This document shows positions 18,101 to 25,507 of a DNA stretch of 64,000 nucleotides, piece after piece (the stretch's first letter is position 1; each line of letters starts with the position of its first letter). Origin of the DNA: Bacillota bacterium. Its GTDB lineage: Bacteria; Bacillota; Clostridia; Acetivibrionales; JAEZXR01. Position numbers and translations under genes: made by a program. A model generated the notes under the pieces. The model saw only the letters and a program-made list of their open reading frames with translations. It had not been told where the DNA came from and ran no database searches. Location: assembly GCA_023419605.1 (NCBI GenBank), contig JAEZXR010000020.1, positions 4,108 through 68,107 on the forward strand, in the 5' to 3' direction.

Positions 18101-21100
18101 CGGCTTAAAGAACAGGCACAGCAATTGCTGAATGAAATTGAGGCGAAACAGCTTTCAAATGCCGACCTGGCCGATATCGCCTACACTCTCCAGGTGGGAC
18201 GTGAACCTATGGAAGAACGCTTAGGGCTCATTGCAACTTCCGTAAATCAAATTCAGAAAAAACTAAAGGGCTTTGTGGAAGATACGGAAGATATAGAAGA
18301 TTTGTATTATGGACAGGTTAAGCGCAATAAGGAAATGGTGGATGTCTTTGCAGCAGATGAAGAATTGCAGGAAGCCATTGTAAAATGGGTCCAGCGCAGA
18401 AAATATGGCAAGCTCCTTGAGTTTTGGGTGAAGGGTATGATTTTTGACTGGCATACGTTGTATGGTGATATCAAGCCCCGCCGGATCAACTTGCCTACCT
18501 ATCCCTTTGCCAGAGAACGTTATTGGGTGCCCAAGACGGGAGCAAAGGCTGGTGGTGCACCGGGTGCAGCAACTGCGGCTTTAATCCACCCTATCCTGCA
18601 TCAAAACACGTCGGATCTCTATGGGCCGCGGTTTAGTTCGATTTTTACAGGGCGGGAATTCTTCCTGGCCGACCATGTAGTGGGAGGTCGGAAGCTGCTG
18701 CCGGGGGTCGCTTACCTTGAGATGGCCCGGGCAGCAATAGAGCAGTCCCTAGGTGGCTTTAAGGAAGGTAAATCAAGGATCCGGCTAAAAAATATTGTTT
18801 GGGCCCGGCCCATTGTCGCAGGTGACGGGCCGGTACAGGTACACATAGAACTTTTCCCGGAAGAAAACGGAGAAATTTCTTATGAAATATTCAGCAATCC
18901 GGAGGAAAATGACACTGCGTCCATTGTCCACAGCCAGGGCAGTGCAGTTCCGGGATTGGTTGAAGAGGCAAGCGTTCTTGATATAAAGGCTTTACTGGCG
19001 GAGTGCAGCCAAAACACGATTTCATCCGCCCAATGCTATGAGGCATTCAGGAAGGCGGGACTGGACTATGGTCCGGGACACCGCGGAATTGAAAAGCTGT
19101 ATCTAGGACAGGAACAAGTACTTGCAAAGCTGTCCCTGCCGTTAACTGTTCCAGATGCGGAAGGCGGTTTTATCCTGCATCCGGGTATGATGGATTCGGC
19201 ACTGCAGGCATCGTTAGGGTTACTGCCGGAACCTGCTGGATTCAGTCCCTTAGTTCCCTTTGCCCTTGAGGAATTGGACATTTATAGAAGTATTACTTCG
19301 GAGATGTGGGCTGTGGTCAGGTACAGTAAAGGTTGTACATCAATGGGAGCAGTGAAAAAGCTTGATATCGATATTTGTGATTCCACCGGGGAAGTCTGTG
19401 TCCGGATGAAAGGATTGCTATTGCGAGCGCTGGAGGGAGAGACGGATGGGGCTGGTTCAGCGGCAGCCTTCGGGACCCTGCTGCTTCAGCCGGACTGGAA
19501 AGAGAAGGCTGTTGCAGGAAGTGCTGAAAAGTCTGATTATTTGAGGCATGTGGTAATAATCTGTGAGCCCTGGGGGGTATCACAGGAAGATATTGAAGCC
19601 GGATTGAAGGCTGAGCTATTGATGCTACAGTCCCGACAGCAAGCTATAGAGGCAAGGTTCCAAACCTATACCAAAAATGTGTTTGAACAAATCAACGGAA
19701 TTTTGAAAAGCAAACCCGTTGGGAATGTTCTGGTACAGGTTGTAGTTTCGATGAAGGATGAACAGAAGGTCTTTTCCGGAATCTCGGGCTTGTTGAAGAC
19801 TGCCCGTCTGGAAAATCCAAAATTCACAGGACAGTTAGTGGAAGTGGAACCCGGTGAGGATACTGCAGGTATAATCGCCAAGCTTCGTGAGAACGGCAAG
19901 GTTCCAGGTGACAGCCATATCCGCTACAGGGACGGCAAACGGTATGTTGCAGGCTGGAGCCAGATTGAAGCTCTACCGGAAGAAGCAGTTGTTCCATGGA
20001 AAGACAGGGGTGTTTATCTCATAACCGGCGGTGCAGGCGGATTAGGGATGCTATTTGCCCGAGAAATTGCGCATAAGGTCCAGGGGGCGACATTAATTCT
20101 CACAGGAAGGTCAGCCCTTAGCAAGGACAGACAGGCTCAAATGAAAGAATTGGAAGCCGGGGGAACCAGAATCGAATACAGGCAGGTTGATGTTGTACAA
20201 AGAGATGCTGTCTATAACCTAATTAAGAATGTGAAAGCTGATTTCGGTAACCTCAATGGTATTCTACACTGTGCCGGTATAATTAAGGACAACTTTATCG
20301 TAAACAAAACGAAGGAAGAGCTGTCGGAGGTAGTAGCTCCCAAGGTAGCAGGCCTGGTAAACCTGGATGAGGCAAGCAGCGAACTGCCTCTTGATTTCTT
20401 CCTGCTCTTTTCATCCATAGCCGGAGCGTTAGGTAATCAGGGGCAGGTGGACTACGCTGCCGCCAATGCCTTTATGGATGCATATGCAGAGTACAGGAAC
20501 GGGCTGGTGGAACATAAACTGCGGTATGGCCGGACGCTGTCGGTCAACTGGCCCCTTTGGAGAGAGGGCGGGATGCAGGTGGATGCCCGGGCAGAAGCGA
20601 TGATGCTGCAAAACTTAGGGCTGACAGCCATGGAGACAACTAGGGGAATTCAGGCCCTTTATCAATGTATGGCATCGGGCAGGAGCCATGTAATGGTGCT
20701 TGAGGGTAAGATTGCACGGATGAAGCAAAAATTACTTTCTCCTAAGCCTGCGGCTGTTGCGGAAGCGGGAAAAACTCCAATGGAGCCCCTTCCGTCAAGC
20801 GGGATGAATACCGGAAGTTTGAGGCGCAAAGTGCAAGAGGCTTTAAGAAAAGAAACCTCCGGATTACTAAAAGTTAAGGCGGAAGATATTGATGTAACTA
20901 CGGAACTGAAAGAATATGGATTTGATTCCTTTACTTATATTGAATTTGCCAACAGGCTTAACGAAAAATATAAGTTGGAACTGACACCGGCTGTATTTTT
21001 CGGGCATCCCACTCTCCAAAGCTTTGCGGATTATCTGGTTGGAGAATATCAGGCTGTGTTTGCAGCACGTTTCGTAGAGAAAATACCGGATGAAGTTTCC

Positions 21101-24100
21101 GTAGAAGAGGAGCCGGTACAGGATGCAGAATACGAAGTGCAGCCCAAATTGTCCGAAAAGAGACGGCGCTCCCGTTTTGCAACGGCTGCACCAAAAGCGG
21201 AAGCAGCTGGACATGAACCGGTTGCTATTGTAGGAATGAGCGGTATATTTCCAAAGGCGCGGGATTTGGATGAATTTTGGAGAAATCTTTGGGAAGCGGA
21301 GGACTGCATTACGGAAATCCCCAAGGAACGCTGGGATTGGCGTGAGTATTACGGTGATCCTGCAAAAGAAGCCAATAAAACAAATATTAAATGGGGTGGA
21401 TTTATTGAGGGGATAGATGAGTTTGACCCGCAATTTTTCGGGATTTCTCCCAGGGAAGCCGAGCTCATGGATCCTCAGCAGCGCCTGCTGATGACCTATG
21501 TTTGGAAGGCCATTGAGGATGCAGGCTATTGCGCCCAAAGTCTTTCCGGTACAAAAACAGGTATTTTTGTCGGGACTGCGGCAAGCGGATACAGCAATTT
21601 GCTTGCCAGAGCCAATGTAGCAATCGAAGGGTCTTCCTCAACGGGTATGGCGCCTTCTGTAGGGCCAAACCGTATGAGCTATTTCCTGAACATCCATGGA
21701 CCCAGCGAACCCATAGAAACCGCCTGTTCAAGTTCGCTGGTAGCCATACACCGGGCTGTGAGCGCCATTCGGGATGGAACCTGTGAGATGGCAATTGCCG
21801 GCGGGGTCAATGTGATACTCAATCCGGAGCTTCACATCAGCTTCAACAAGGCTGGAATGCTCTGCGAGGATGGGCGGTGCAAAACCTTCTCGGATAAAGC
21901 CAATGGCTATGTGAGAGGAGAAGGGGCTGGAATCATCTTTTTGAAAAAGCTGAAGGCTGCAGAGCAGGCAGGAGACCATATTTACGGAGTAATCCGCTCA
22001 ACTTTTGAGAATCATGGAGGACGTGCAAATTCATTGACCGCACCCAACCCCAATGCCCAGGCGGAGTTGCTCAAAACTGTGTACACCCGGGCAGGAATTG
22101 ACCCGAGAACCGTAACCTATATCGAAGCACACGGAACCGGTACCGAGCTTGGAGATCCTATTGAAATCAACAGCTTGAAAGCCGCCTTCAAAGAGTTGTA
22201 CAAGGCATGGGGCGAGACCGGCGTTTCAAACAGCTATTGCGGGTTGGGATCGGTGAAAACCAATATAGGCCATCTGGAGCTTGCTGCTGGAATTGCAGGC
22301 GTTATTAAGGTGCTGCTGCAGCTTAAATATAAAACGCTGGTCAAAAGCCTTCATTGCGATGCTGTTAATCCCTATATTCAGCTTACGGACAGTCCCTTCT
22401 ATATAGTCCGGGAAACCGGAGAATGGAAGGCGGTACAGGATGCAGAGGGAAATGTTGTTCCCCGCCGCGCAGGTGTAAGTTCTTTCGGGTTTGGAGGCGT
22501 AAATGCCCATATAGTTATTGAAGAATATATTCCGGACAATCCCGGCAGAGTGCAGGCGGAGACGGCCGGACAGCGCCCTGTAATCATCGTTTTGTCGGCG
22601 AAGAATACCGAGCGGCTTAAGGAACAGGCACAGCAGCTGCTGAATGCAGTTATGGCAGAGCGGTTTACCGACATAAGTATTGCTGATGCGGCTTACACTC
22701 TCCAGGTGGGCCGCCAGCATATGGAAGAACGCTTAGGGCTCATTGTAACTTCCGTTGAAGAACTTAAAGAGAAATTGAAGGGATTTGTCGAAGGCCGGAG
22801 CGATATAGAAGGCCTTTACTACGGGCAGTTTAAACGCAATAAAGAGGCTTTATCCGTTTTGGCAGCGGATGAGGATATAGAAAAAACCATTGACGCATGG
22901 ATCGCTAAAGGTAAATATACCAAGCTTTTGGATCTTTGGGTAAGGGGGGTGGCTTTTGACTGGAACAAGCTGCATGGTGGTTTAAGATGCAACCGGATCA
23001 GCCTGCCGACGTATCCCTTTGCCAGAGAACGCTATTGGATACCGGAGGCAGAGGCAAAGACTGCCGTCGGATGTACGGAAGCAGCTCCGGGAATGACGGC
23101 TGCTATTCATCCTCTGCTGCAGCAAAATACTTCTCACCTTTTAGAGCAGCGGTTCAGTTCAACCTTTACCGGAGAGGAGTTCTTTTTAAGGGATCATATT
23201 GTAAAGGGCCAAAGGATATTGGCGGGAGCAGCGTGTCTTGAAATGGCAAGAGCAGCTGCGGAAGAGTCGGCAAGAGACCTGAAAGGCCATAAATCCGGTA
23301 TGGTGCTGAAAAATGTAGTTTGGGTCAAGCCCATTGCTGCCGGAACCCATCCGGTACGGATACACACCGGACTCTTCCTGGAGGATAACGGAGAGATTTC
23401 ATATAAAATATACAGCGAGCCGGGAGAAGCCGGTTCTGAAATAATAATACACAGCCAGGGCAGCGTGGTGATTCCGGGCCATTTAGGCAAGAGTGCAATG
23501 CTGGATATAAAAGCGCTGCAGGCTGAATGCAGCAAGAGTACTATTTCATCCGTACAGTGCTATGATGCTTTCAAAGAACTGGGGATTGATTACGGCCCCG
23601 GATACCGTTGTATTGAGAAGCTGTATGTCGGCTCCGGTAAAGTTCTGGCAAAGCTGTCTTTACCTTCCGCATTAACAGGGACAATAACGCAGTTTGTCCT
23701 TCACCCCTGTATGGTAGATTCGGCCATCCAGGCCTCACTGGGGTTGATGCCGGAAACAGGCAGCGATCGACCTTCATTGGCCTTCGCACTGGAGGAGATG
23801 GAAATAGTAGGGAGCTGTACCCCGGCAATGTGGTCGTATGTACGGTACAGTGAAGATGGCAAAGCAGGAGGAAAAGTACAAAAGCTGGATATAGACCTGT
23901 GTGGAGAAAATGGAAAGGTATGTGTACGGATAAAGGGATTCGCATCGAGGACCCTGGAAGGAGACATACAAACGGGAACCAGAACGGAAGTGCTTCGGCC
24001 TGCTGCTTCCACAGGGGCGCTTTCCGTGGAACCGACGCTGCTGCCTGTGTGGGATGTAACTTCTTATAGGAAGATTGAAAACTTTCCATCTTCCCAAGAC

Positions 24101-25507
24101 AAGGTTGTACTTATCGGCGGTACGGAAAAAGACAGGGAGTCTGTCCTACAACTTTACCCCAATGCAGGCTTGCTGGAAATCAGCCCCGAGGATTCGACTG
24201 AGGATATTGCCGGAAAGCTGGAGGCAAAAGCTTCACTTAACCATATTATATACATTGCTTCCGGCTATGCAGCTGACGGACAGGACGATCTGTTAATACA
24301 AGGCGGGGGAAGCGATATGCTTCAGTGCTTCCGGATGATTAAAGGGCTGCTGCGTTTAGGATATGGAAACAGGAGCATTGGTTTGAGTATAATTACGGTG
24401 CAAGGCCAGCCCGTAAGAAAAGGAGACCGGGTAAATCCCTGCCATGCCGGTGTTCATGGACTCATCGGTTCCATGGCGAAAGAATATCCCAACTGGAAAG
24501 TACGGCTTGTGGATCTGGAAAGTGATTTCTGCCTGTCGGTTACAGACATTTTCACTCTGCCTGCCGATGTACACGGAAATGTTTGGGCATACCGCGGCAA
24601 AGAATGGTATCGGCAGAAATTGGTTCCCTTGCAGCAAAGCAAGCCCGGTGAAAGCTTATACAGGCCTGAAGGAGTATATGTCGTTGTCGGAGGGGCCGGA
24701 GGCATTGGAAAGATATGGACGGAGTATATGATCCGTACCTATCAGGCTCGCATTGTCTGGATCGGACGGCGCGAAAAGGATGGTGTCATCCAGGCTGAAC
24801 TGGATTCGTTTTCGGCAATCGGGCCGGTGCCTTGTTATATTTCAGCGGATGCTGCAGATCCAAAGGCACTGCAAAGAGCCTATGAAGAGGTTAAGCAGAA
24901 TTATTCCCAAATTCACGGGGTGATTCATTCGGCAGTAGGGGTACTTGATCAAAGTCTTGCCAATATGGAAGAGAAACGGTTTCTGGAGGGACTTTCTGCA
25001 AAGGTGGATGTAAGCGTGAATATGGCAAGGATTTTTAACAAAGACCCCCTGGATTTTGTGATGTTTTTCTCCTCACTGAGTGCATTTGCAAAAGAGCACG
25101 GAAAAAGCAGCTACTCCGCCGGCTGTAACTTTATGGATGCTTTTGCACATCGACTTTCCAGGGAATGGATGTGTGCCGTGAAGGTAATGAATTGGGGCTA
25201 CTGGGAAGGCGTTGGGATTGCCAATGCCGTTCCGGAGGCTTTTAAAAAGCGACTGGAGCAGACGGGCATACAATCCATAACGGCTCCAGAGGCTATGGAA
25301 GCTCTGGAGCTGCTTCTGACCGGATCTGCAGTTCAGAATGTACTGGTCAAAACTACAAAGCCGGGAGCCGTTGAAGGAGTTTTGGACGGGGAGAGCGTCA
25401 AGGTTTACACCGAAAATTATCCGTCTGATATTGAAAACATAATGAAGCAGGTAAGAAGCGGTATTAAAAGATTACATACAAGACAACAGAGGGGGAGCTG
25501 TAAATGA
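9692..25507 (+). CDS. trans-AT polyketide synthase 1: MT-like, GNAT, ACP, [KS-DH-KR-ACP] x2, KS-DH-KR
   Basis: 5,271 aa, TTG start with GGGAGG 8 nt upstream. Motifs in order: NMGCGDG (nt 10541); GNAT (about 11228-11815, NLGSRLLEFML); ACP LGLDSGD (Ser codon 11996); KS1 DTACSSS/EAHGTGT/NIGHLEAAAG; DH1 HPLLHQNTS, LADHVVKGQRVLPG, MDSALQ; KR1 GVYLITGGTGGLG; ACP1 YGFDSIT; then KS2-DH2-KR2-ACP2; then KS3-DH3; then a second KR type, GVYVVVGGAGGIG...SSYSAGC. KS-to-DH linkers are about 190 aa, too short to hold an AT. Confidence 0.97.
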   Translation: MSAVLNSYLYGYVAVPVIISCIKNNLFKIVSSSEPVHFNDIVENLHANGGHLRVALQMMESLRWISRNDNDEYLLSQKSDIYRKIPEDITKLLSFPMHEYVSKSQKRHSIKKWIEMSAKRWNIEDTVFADFLDGMLAIPLLVALKKNNFLGSKDHHTAPLFSALSPAVHKEVTRFFTDRGWLEQEGGGYVFTDNGRFMTERISIFETVAFYRPMLANMSEVIFGDCKVVFARDENGRKSHIDPALNAKGCCFQHENHFSDIEEIILSIFNRKPITEQPKYIANMGCGDGTLLKRIYEVIKNKSLRGEVLHQYPIKLIGMDRNEKILMETIHTLENIDHLILKGDIADPLQAIADIKNYGIQDTENILHVRSFLDHDHPYIAPSDSAAVNVRLHVPSKEVFVSEEGTEIPAASVMQSLVEHFGRWWEISGKHGIIVLEAHSLDSKATGEFLDVCESLCMDEIHRFSQQQLVEAGTFLMAAAEAGLFPDEKFFRKYPKTLSFSRNTLNYFRPMDYRVRYAKKTDLPVLEKLEEQCWDHGLQMPSSVLEKRIELYPQGQLVIETDNRVVGALYSQRIDNTEDLKSVNFETVGNLHRKDGPIIQLLALNVFPDMQHRNLGSRLLEFMLQRSSLESGVRTVVGVTRCKNYGRHSHLSPQEYMNLRNPQGRLVDTVLRMHESHGAQIIEAISGYRPQDIKNKGYGVLVKYDVFNRRSNDIRVGSEVSEMPVKKENPEKLQLIKDFILKTVAHIHGGINRDDLLLEQPLMELGLDSGDLMELNEQISYTFSIPLESTFFFKYNTISKIIMYLQERTEFMQKVELKTEETFSTGQDIQGDSIKGNEQTDTVCKTIAKESDIAIIGVACRLPGGIKSKEQLWELLEDGRDAIGKLPAKRWEWPANINPEHEHKGIDMGGFLDDIAAFEAAFFRISPKEAELMDPQQRILLELSWQCIEDAGYGAKALSGSKTGVFIGASGSDYSKLLDKRMEEVEAHFGVGTSLAVIPNRISYFYDFHGPSIQIDTACSSSLVAVHQAVKSLCGGECGQALVGGINILCDPSNSIAYYKAGMLAKDGRCKTFDKEANGYVRSEGAVMMLLKPLGQALADQDNVYAVIKGTAINHGGQSGGLTVPNPDKQAALLVEAYKTAGVEPETVSYIEAHGTGTSLGDPIEISGLKEAFSELSKVKEEVQEPYCGLGSIKTNIGHLEAAAGIAGILKVVMSMRHRRLPASIHFSEINPHITLSKTPFYIVSHNKPWQPEGFRLLLRAGISSFGSGGANAHVVLEEAPAQIKQVSKENPAYMICLSAKTEEALRQKERDLAVWLEKEGRQNSLTVISGTLLLGREHFGERAAYIVKDIEELKKKLNKVLETGQAAGCFRESPAKKGQQRDQGSEELGRTILKELGERKNVNEQEYGKKLTVLAEMYVKGHDLDWGAIFEDKRLPHISLPPYPFSGDRYWVTGKGAATGSAAHSTVRAAIHPLLHQNTSDFSKQRFSSTFTGQEFFLADHVVKGQRVLPGVAYLEMVRAAVEKASGPMKNIRLKSIVWTRPIIVKDQPVEVHIVLYPEENGEISYEIYSGREDGSQEVIVHSQGSAVKGSLGETGTLNIRALQTECSSRVIPSARCYEAFKTIGLDYGAGHQGIKELYAGQGQVLAKLSLPSSILDTQNQFVLHPTLMDSALQAAFMIDSGEMKLTLPFELQEVEIYEKCTPEMWAWVRQRDGSIAEDGLQQLDIDLCDAAGRICVRLKGYSSRVPKGDIGLAGHKTAMGTLMLEPVWKEQAADWKAESPEYTRHLVILWEEGEVFRESIQLQMGKVRCLSLQSGQSGTDARFQDYAVQVFEEIKNIFKERPRDKVLVQVVTAVKGERQLFSGLFGLLKTAGLENPMFAGQLIEVEDEESTEGIIEKLRENSRCSADSPIRYSNGKRYVAGWSEAKIQQEAAAIPWKDKGVYLITGGTGGLGLIFAGEIAHKVKEATLILTGRSALDRDKQAQMKELEAAGARIEYRQVDVTQKDAVYNLIRSVEGDFGGLNGILHCAGIIKDNLIIKKTKTEFLEVLAPKVTGLVNLDEASRGLPLDFFVLFSSMVGALGNLGQADYSAANGFMDAYAEYRNTLVASGQRQGQTLSVNWPLWKEGGMRVDPEAEKMLLQNLGLAALRTGRGVLALYQCLASKRSQVMVLEGKLARIRQKLLSVVVAAVTKAKKPASEPEDDTALTGKVHTALMRGVSKVLKVKLEDIDLDTELDEYGFDSITYNEFSNKINDEYKLELTPVIFFGYPTLRSFAGYLLENHRTALAAHFTVQAGVEVPVQELEYDGEESLKDKRRRPRFAGMGAVSLQKPEATEDATVAIIGISGIFPGARDVNELWRNLVEGRDCITEIPKDRWDWQEYYGDPKKEKNKTNVKWGGFIDGVDEFDPQFFGISPREAELMNPQQRLLMTYVWKAIEDAGYSAQSLSGTKTGIFVGTFDSGYGKLLSAANVAVESYSSTGMIPSVGPNRMSYFLNFHGPSEPIETACSSSLVAIHRAVNAIENGTCEMAIVGGINTMITPELHISFSKAGMLCEDGRCKTFSDKANGYARGEGVGMIFLKKLKAAEQAGDHIYGVIRGTAENHGGRTNSLTAPNPVAQAELLKTAYRTAGVDPRTVTYIEAHGTGTKLGDPIEINGLKMAFQALYKDTENTKMVDSHCGLGSIKANIGHLEYAAGIAGVIKVLLQLKYKTLVKSLHCDTVNPYIQLTDSPFYIVRETGEWKAVQDAEGNSVPRRAGVSSFGFGGVNAHVVIEEYVPSGGKPAPIGINGQNPAIIVLSAKNKERLKEQAQQLLNEIEAKQLSNADLADIAYTLQVGREPMEERLGLIATSVNQIQKKLKGFVEDTEDIEDLYYGQVKRNKEMVDVFAADEELQEAIVKWVQRRKYGKLLEFWVKGMIFDWHTLYGDIKPRRINLPTYPFARERYWVPKTGAKAGGAPGAATAALIHPILHQNTSDLYGPRFSSIFTGREFFLADHVVGGRKLLPGVAYLEMARAAIEQSLGGFKEGKSRIRLKNIVWARPIVAGDGPVQVHIELFPEENGEISYEIFSNPEENDTASIVHSQGSAVPGLVEEASVLDIKALLAECSQNTISSAQCYEAFRKAGLDYGPGHRGIEKLYLGQEQVLAKLSLPLTVPDAEGGFILHPGMMDSALQASLGLLPEPAGFSPLVPFALEELDIYRSITSEMWAVVRYSKGCTSMGAVKKLDIDICDSTGEVCVRMKGLLLRALEGETDGAGSAAAFGTLLLQPDWKEKAVAGSAEKSDYLRHVVIICEPWGVSQEDIEAGLKAELLMLQSRQQAIEARFQTYTKNVFEQINGILKSKPVGNVLVQVVVSMKDEQKVFSGISGLLKTARLENPKFTGQLVEVEPGEDTAGIIAKLRENGKVPGDSHIRYRDGKRYVAGWSQIEALPEEAVVPWKDRGVYLITGGAGGLGMLFAREIAHKVQGATLILTGRSALSKDRQAQMKELEAGGTRIEYRQVDVVQRDAVYNLIKNVKADFGNLNGILHCAGIIKDNFIVNKTKEELSEVVAPKVAGLVNLDEASSELPLDFFLLFSSIAGALGNQGQVDYAAANAFMDAYAEYRNGLVEHKLRYGRTLSVNWPLWREGGMQVDARAEAMMLQNLGLTAMETTRGIQALYQCMASGRSHVMVLEGKIARMKQKLLSPKPAAVAEAGKTPMEPLPSSGMNTGSLRRKVQEALRKETSGLLKVKAEDIDVTTELKEYGFDSFTYIEFANRLNEKYKLELTPAVFFGHPTLQSFADYLVGEYQAVFAARFVEKIPDEVSVEEEPVQDAEYEVQPKLSEKRRRSRFATAAPKAEAAGHEPVAIVGMSGIFPKARDLDEFWRNLWEAEDCITEIPKERWDWREYYGDPAKEANKTNIKWGGFIEGIDEFDPQFFGISPREAELMDPQQRLLMTYVWKAIEDAGYCAQSLSGTKTGIFVGTAASGYSNLLARANVAIEGSSSTGMAPSVGPNRMSYFLNIHGPSEPIETACSSSLVAIHRAVSAIRDGTCEMAIAGGVNVILNPELHISFNKAGMLCEDGRCKTFSDKANGYVRGEGAGIIFLKKLKAAEQAGDHIYGVIRSTFENHGGRANSLTAPNPNAQAELLKTVYTRAGIDPRTVTYIEAHGTGTELGDPIEINSLKAAFKELYKAWGETGVSNSYCGLGSVKTNIGHLELAAGIAGVIKVLLQLKYKTLVKSLHCDAVNPYIQLTDSPFYIVRETGEWKAVQDAEGNVVPRRAGVSSFGFGGVNAHIVIEEYIPDNPGRVQAETAGQRPVIIVLSAKNTERLKEQAQQLLNAVMAERFTDISIADAAYTLQVGRQHMEERLGLIVTSVEELKEKLKGFVEGRSDIEGLYYGQFKRNKEALSVLAADEDIEKTIDAWIAKGKYTKLLDLWVRGVAFDWNKLHGGLRCNRISLPTYPFARERYWIPEAEAKTAVGCTEAAPGMTAAIHPLLQQNTSHLLEQRFSSTFTGEEFFLRDHIVKGQRILAGAACLEMARAAAEESARDLKGHKSGMVLKNVVWVKPIAAGTHPVRIHTGLFLEDNGEISYKIYSEPGEAGSEIIIHSQGSVVIPGHLGKSAMLDIKALQAECSKSTISSVQCYDAFKELGIDYGPGYRCIEKLYVGSGKVLAKLSLPSALTGTITQFVLHPCMVDSAIQASLGLMPETGSDRPSLAFALEEMEIVGSCTPAMWSYVRYSEDGKAGGKVQKLDIDLCGENGKVCVRIKGFASRTLEGDIQTGTRTEVLRPAASTGALSVEPTLLPVWDVTSYRKIENFPSSQDKVVLIGGTEKDRESVLQLYPNAGLLEISPEDSTEDIAGKLEAKASLNHIIYIASGYAADGQDDLLIQGGGSDMLQCFRMIKGLLRLGYGNRSIGLSIITVQGQPVRKGDRVNPCHAGVHGLIGSMAKEYPNWKVRLVDLESDFCLSVTDIFTLPADVHGNVWAYRGKEWYRQKLVPLQQSKPGESLYRPEGVYVVVGGAGGIGKIWTEYMIRTYQARIVWIGRREKDGVIQAELDSFSAIGPVPCYISADAADPKALQRAYEEVKQNYSQIHGVIHSAVGVLDQSLANMEEKRFLEGLSAKVDVSVNMARIFNKDPLDFVMFFSSLSAFAKEHGKSSYSAGCNFMDAFAHRLSREWMCAVKVMNWGYWEGVGIANAVPEAFKKRLEQTGIQSITAPEAMEALELLLTGSAVQNVLVKTTKPGAVEGVLDGESVKVYTENYPSDIENIMKQVRSGIKRLHTRQQRGSCK
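12245..16545 (+). other. PKS module 1: KS-DH-KR-ACP (approximate bounds)
   Basis: KS starts DIAIIGVACRLPGG (12245). DH HPLL at 14108. KR glycine motif at 15515. ACP Ser near 16418. Confidence 0.8.
16709..21050 (+). other. PKS module 2: KS-DH-KR-ACP (approximate bounds)
   Basis: KS VAIIGISGIFPGARD (16709). DH HPIL at 18586. KR motif at 20009. ACP YGFDSFT near 20920. Confidence 0.8.

Noticed and set aside
24000-25300. The second reductase type (GxYVVxGGAGGIG, preceded by a large N-terminal subdomain) as an enoylreductase.
   Set aside because: It has short-chain dehydrogenase features (a Rossmann glycine motif followed by ...SAKVD...FFSS...(S/G)(N/H/S)Y(A/S)(S/A)GC with a catalytic Tyr). It lacks MDR-type ER motifs. 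It is therefore called a KR with an enlarged structural subdomain.
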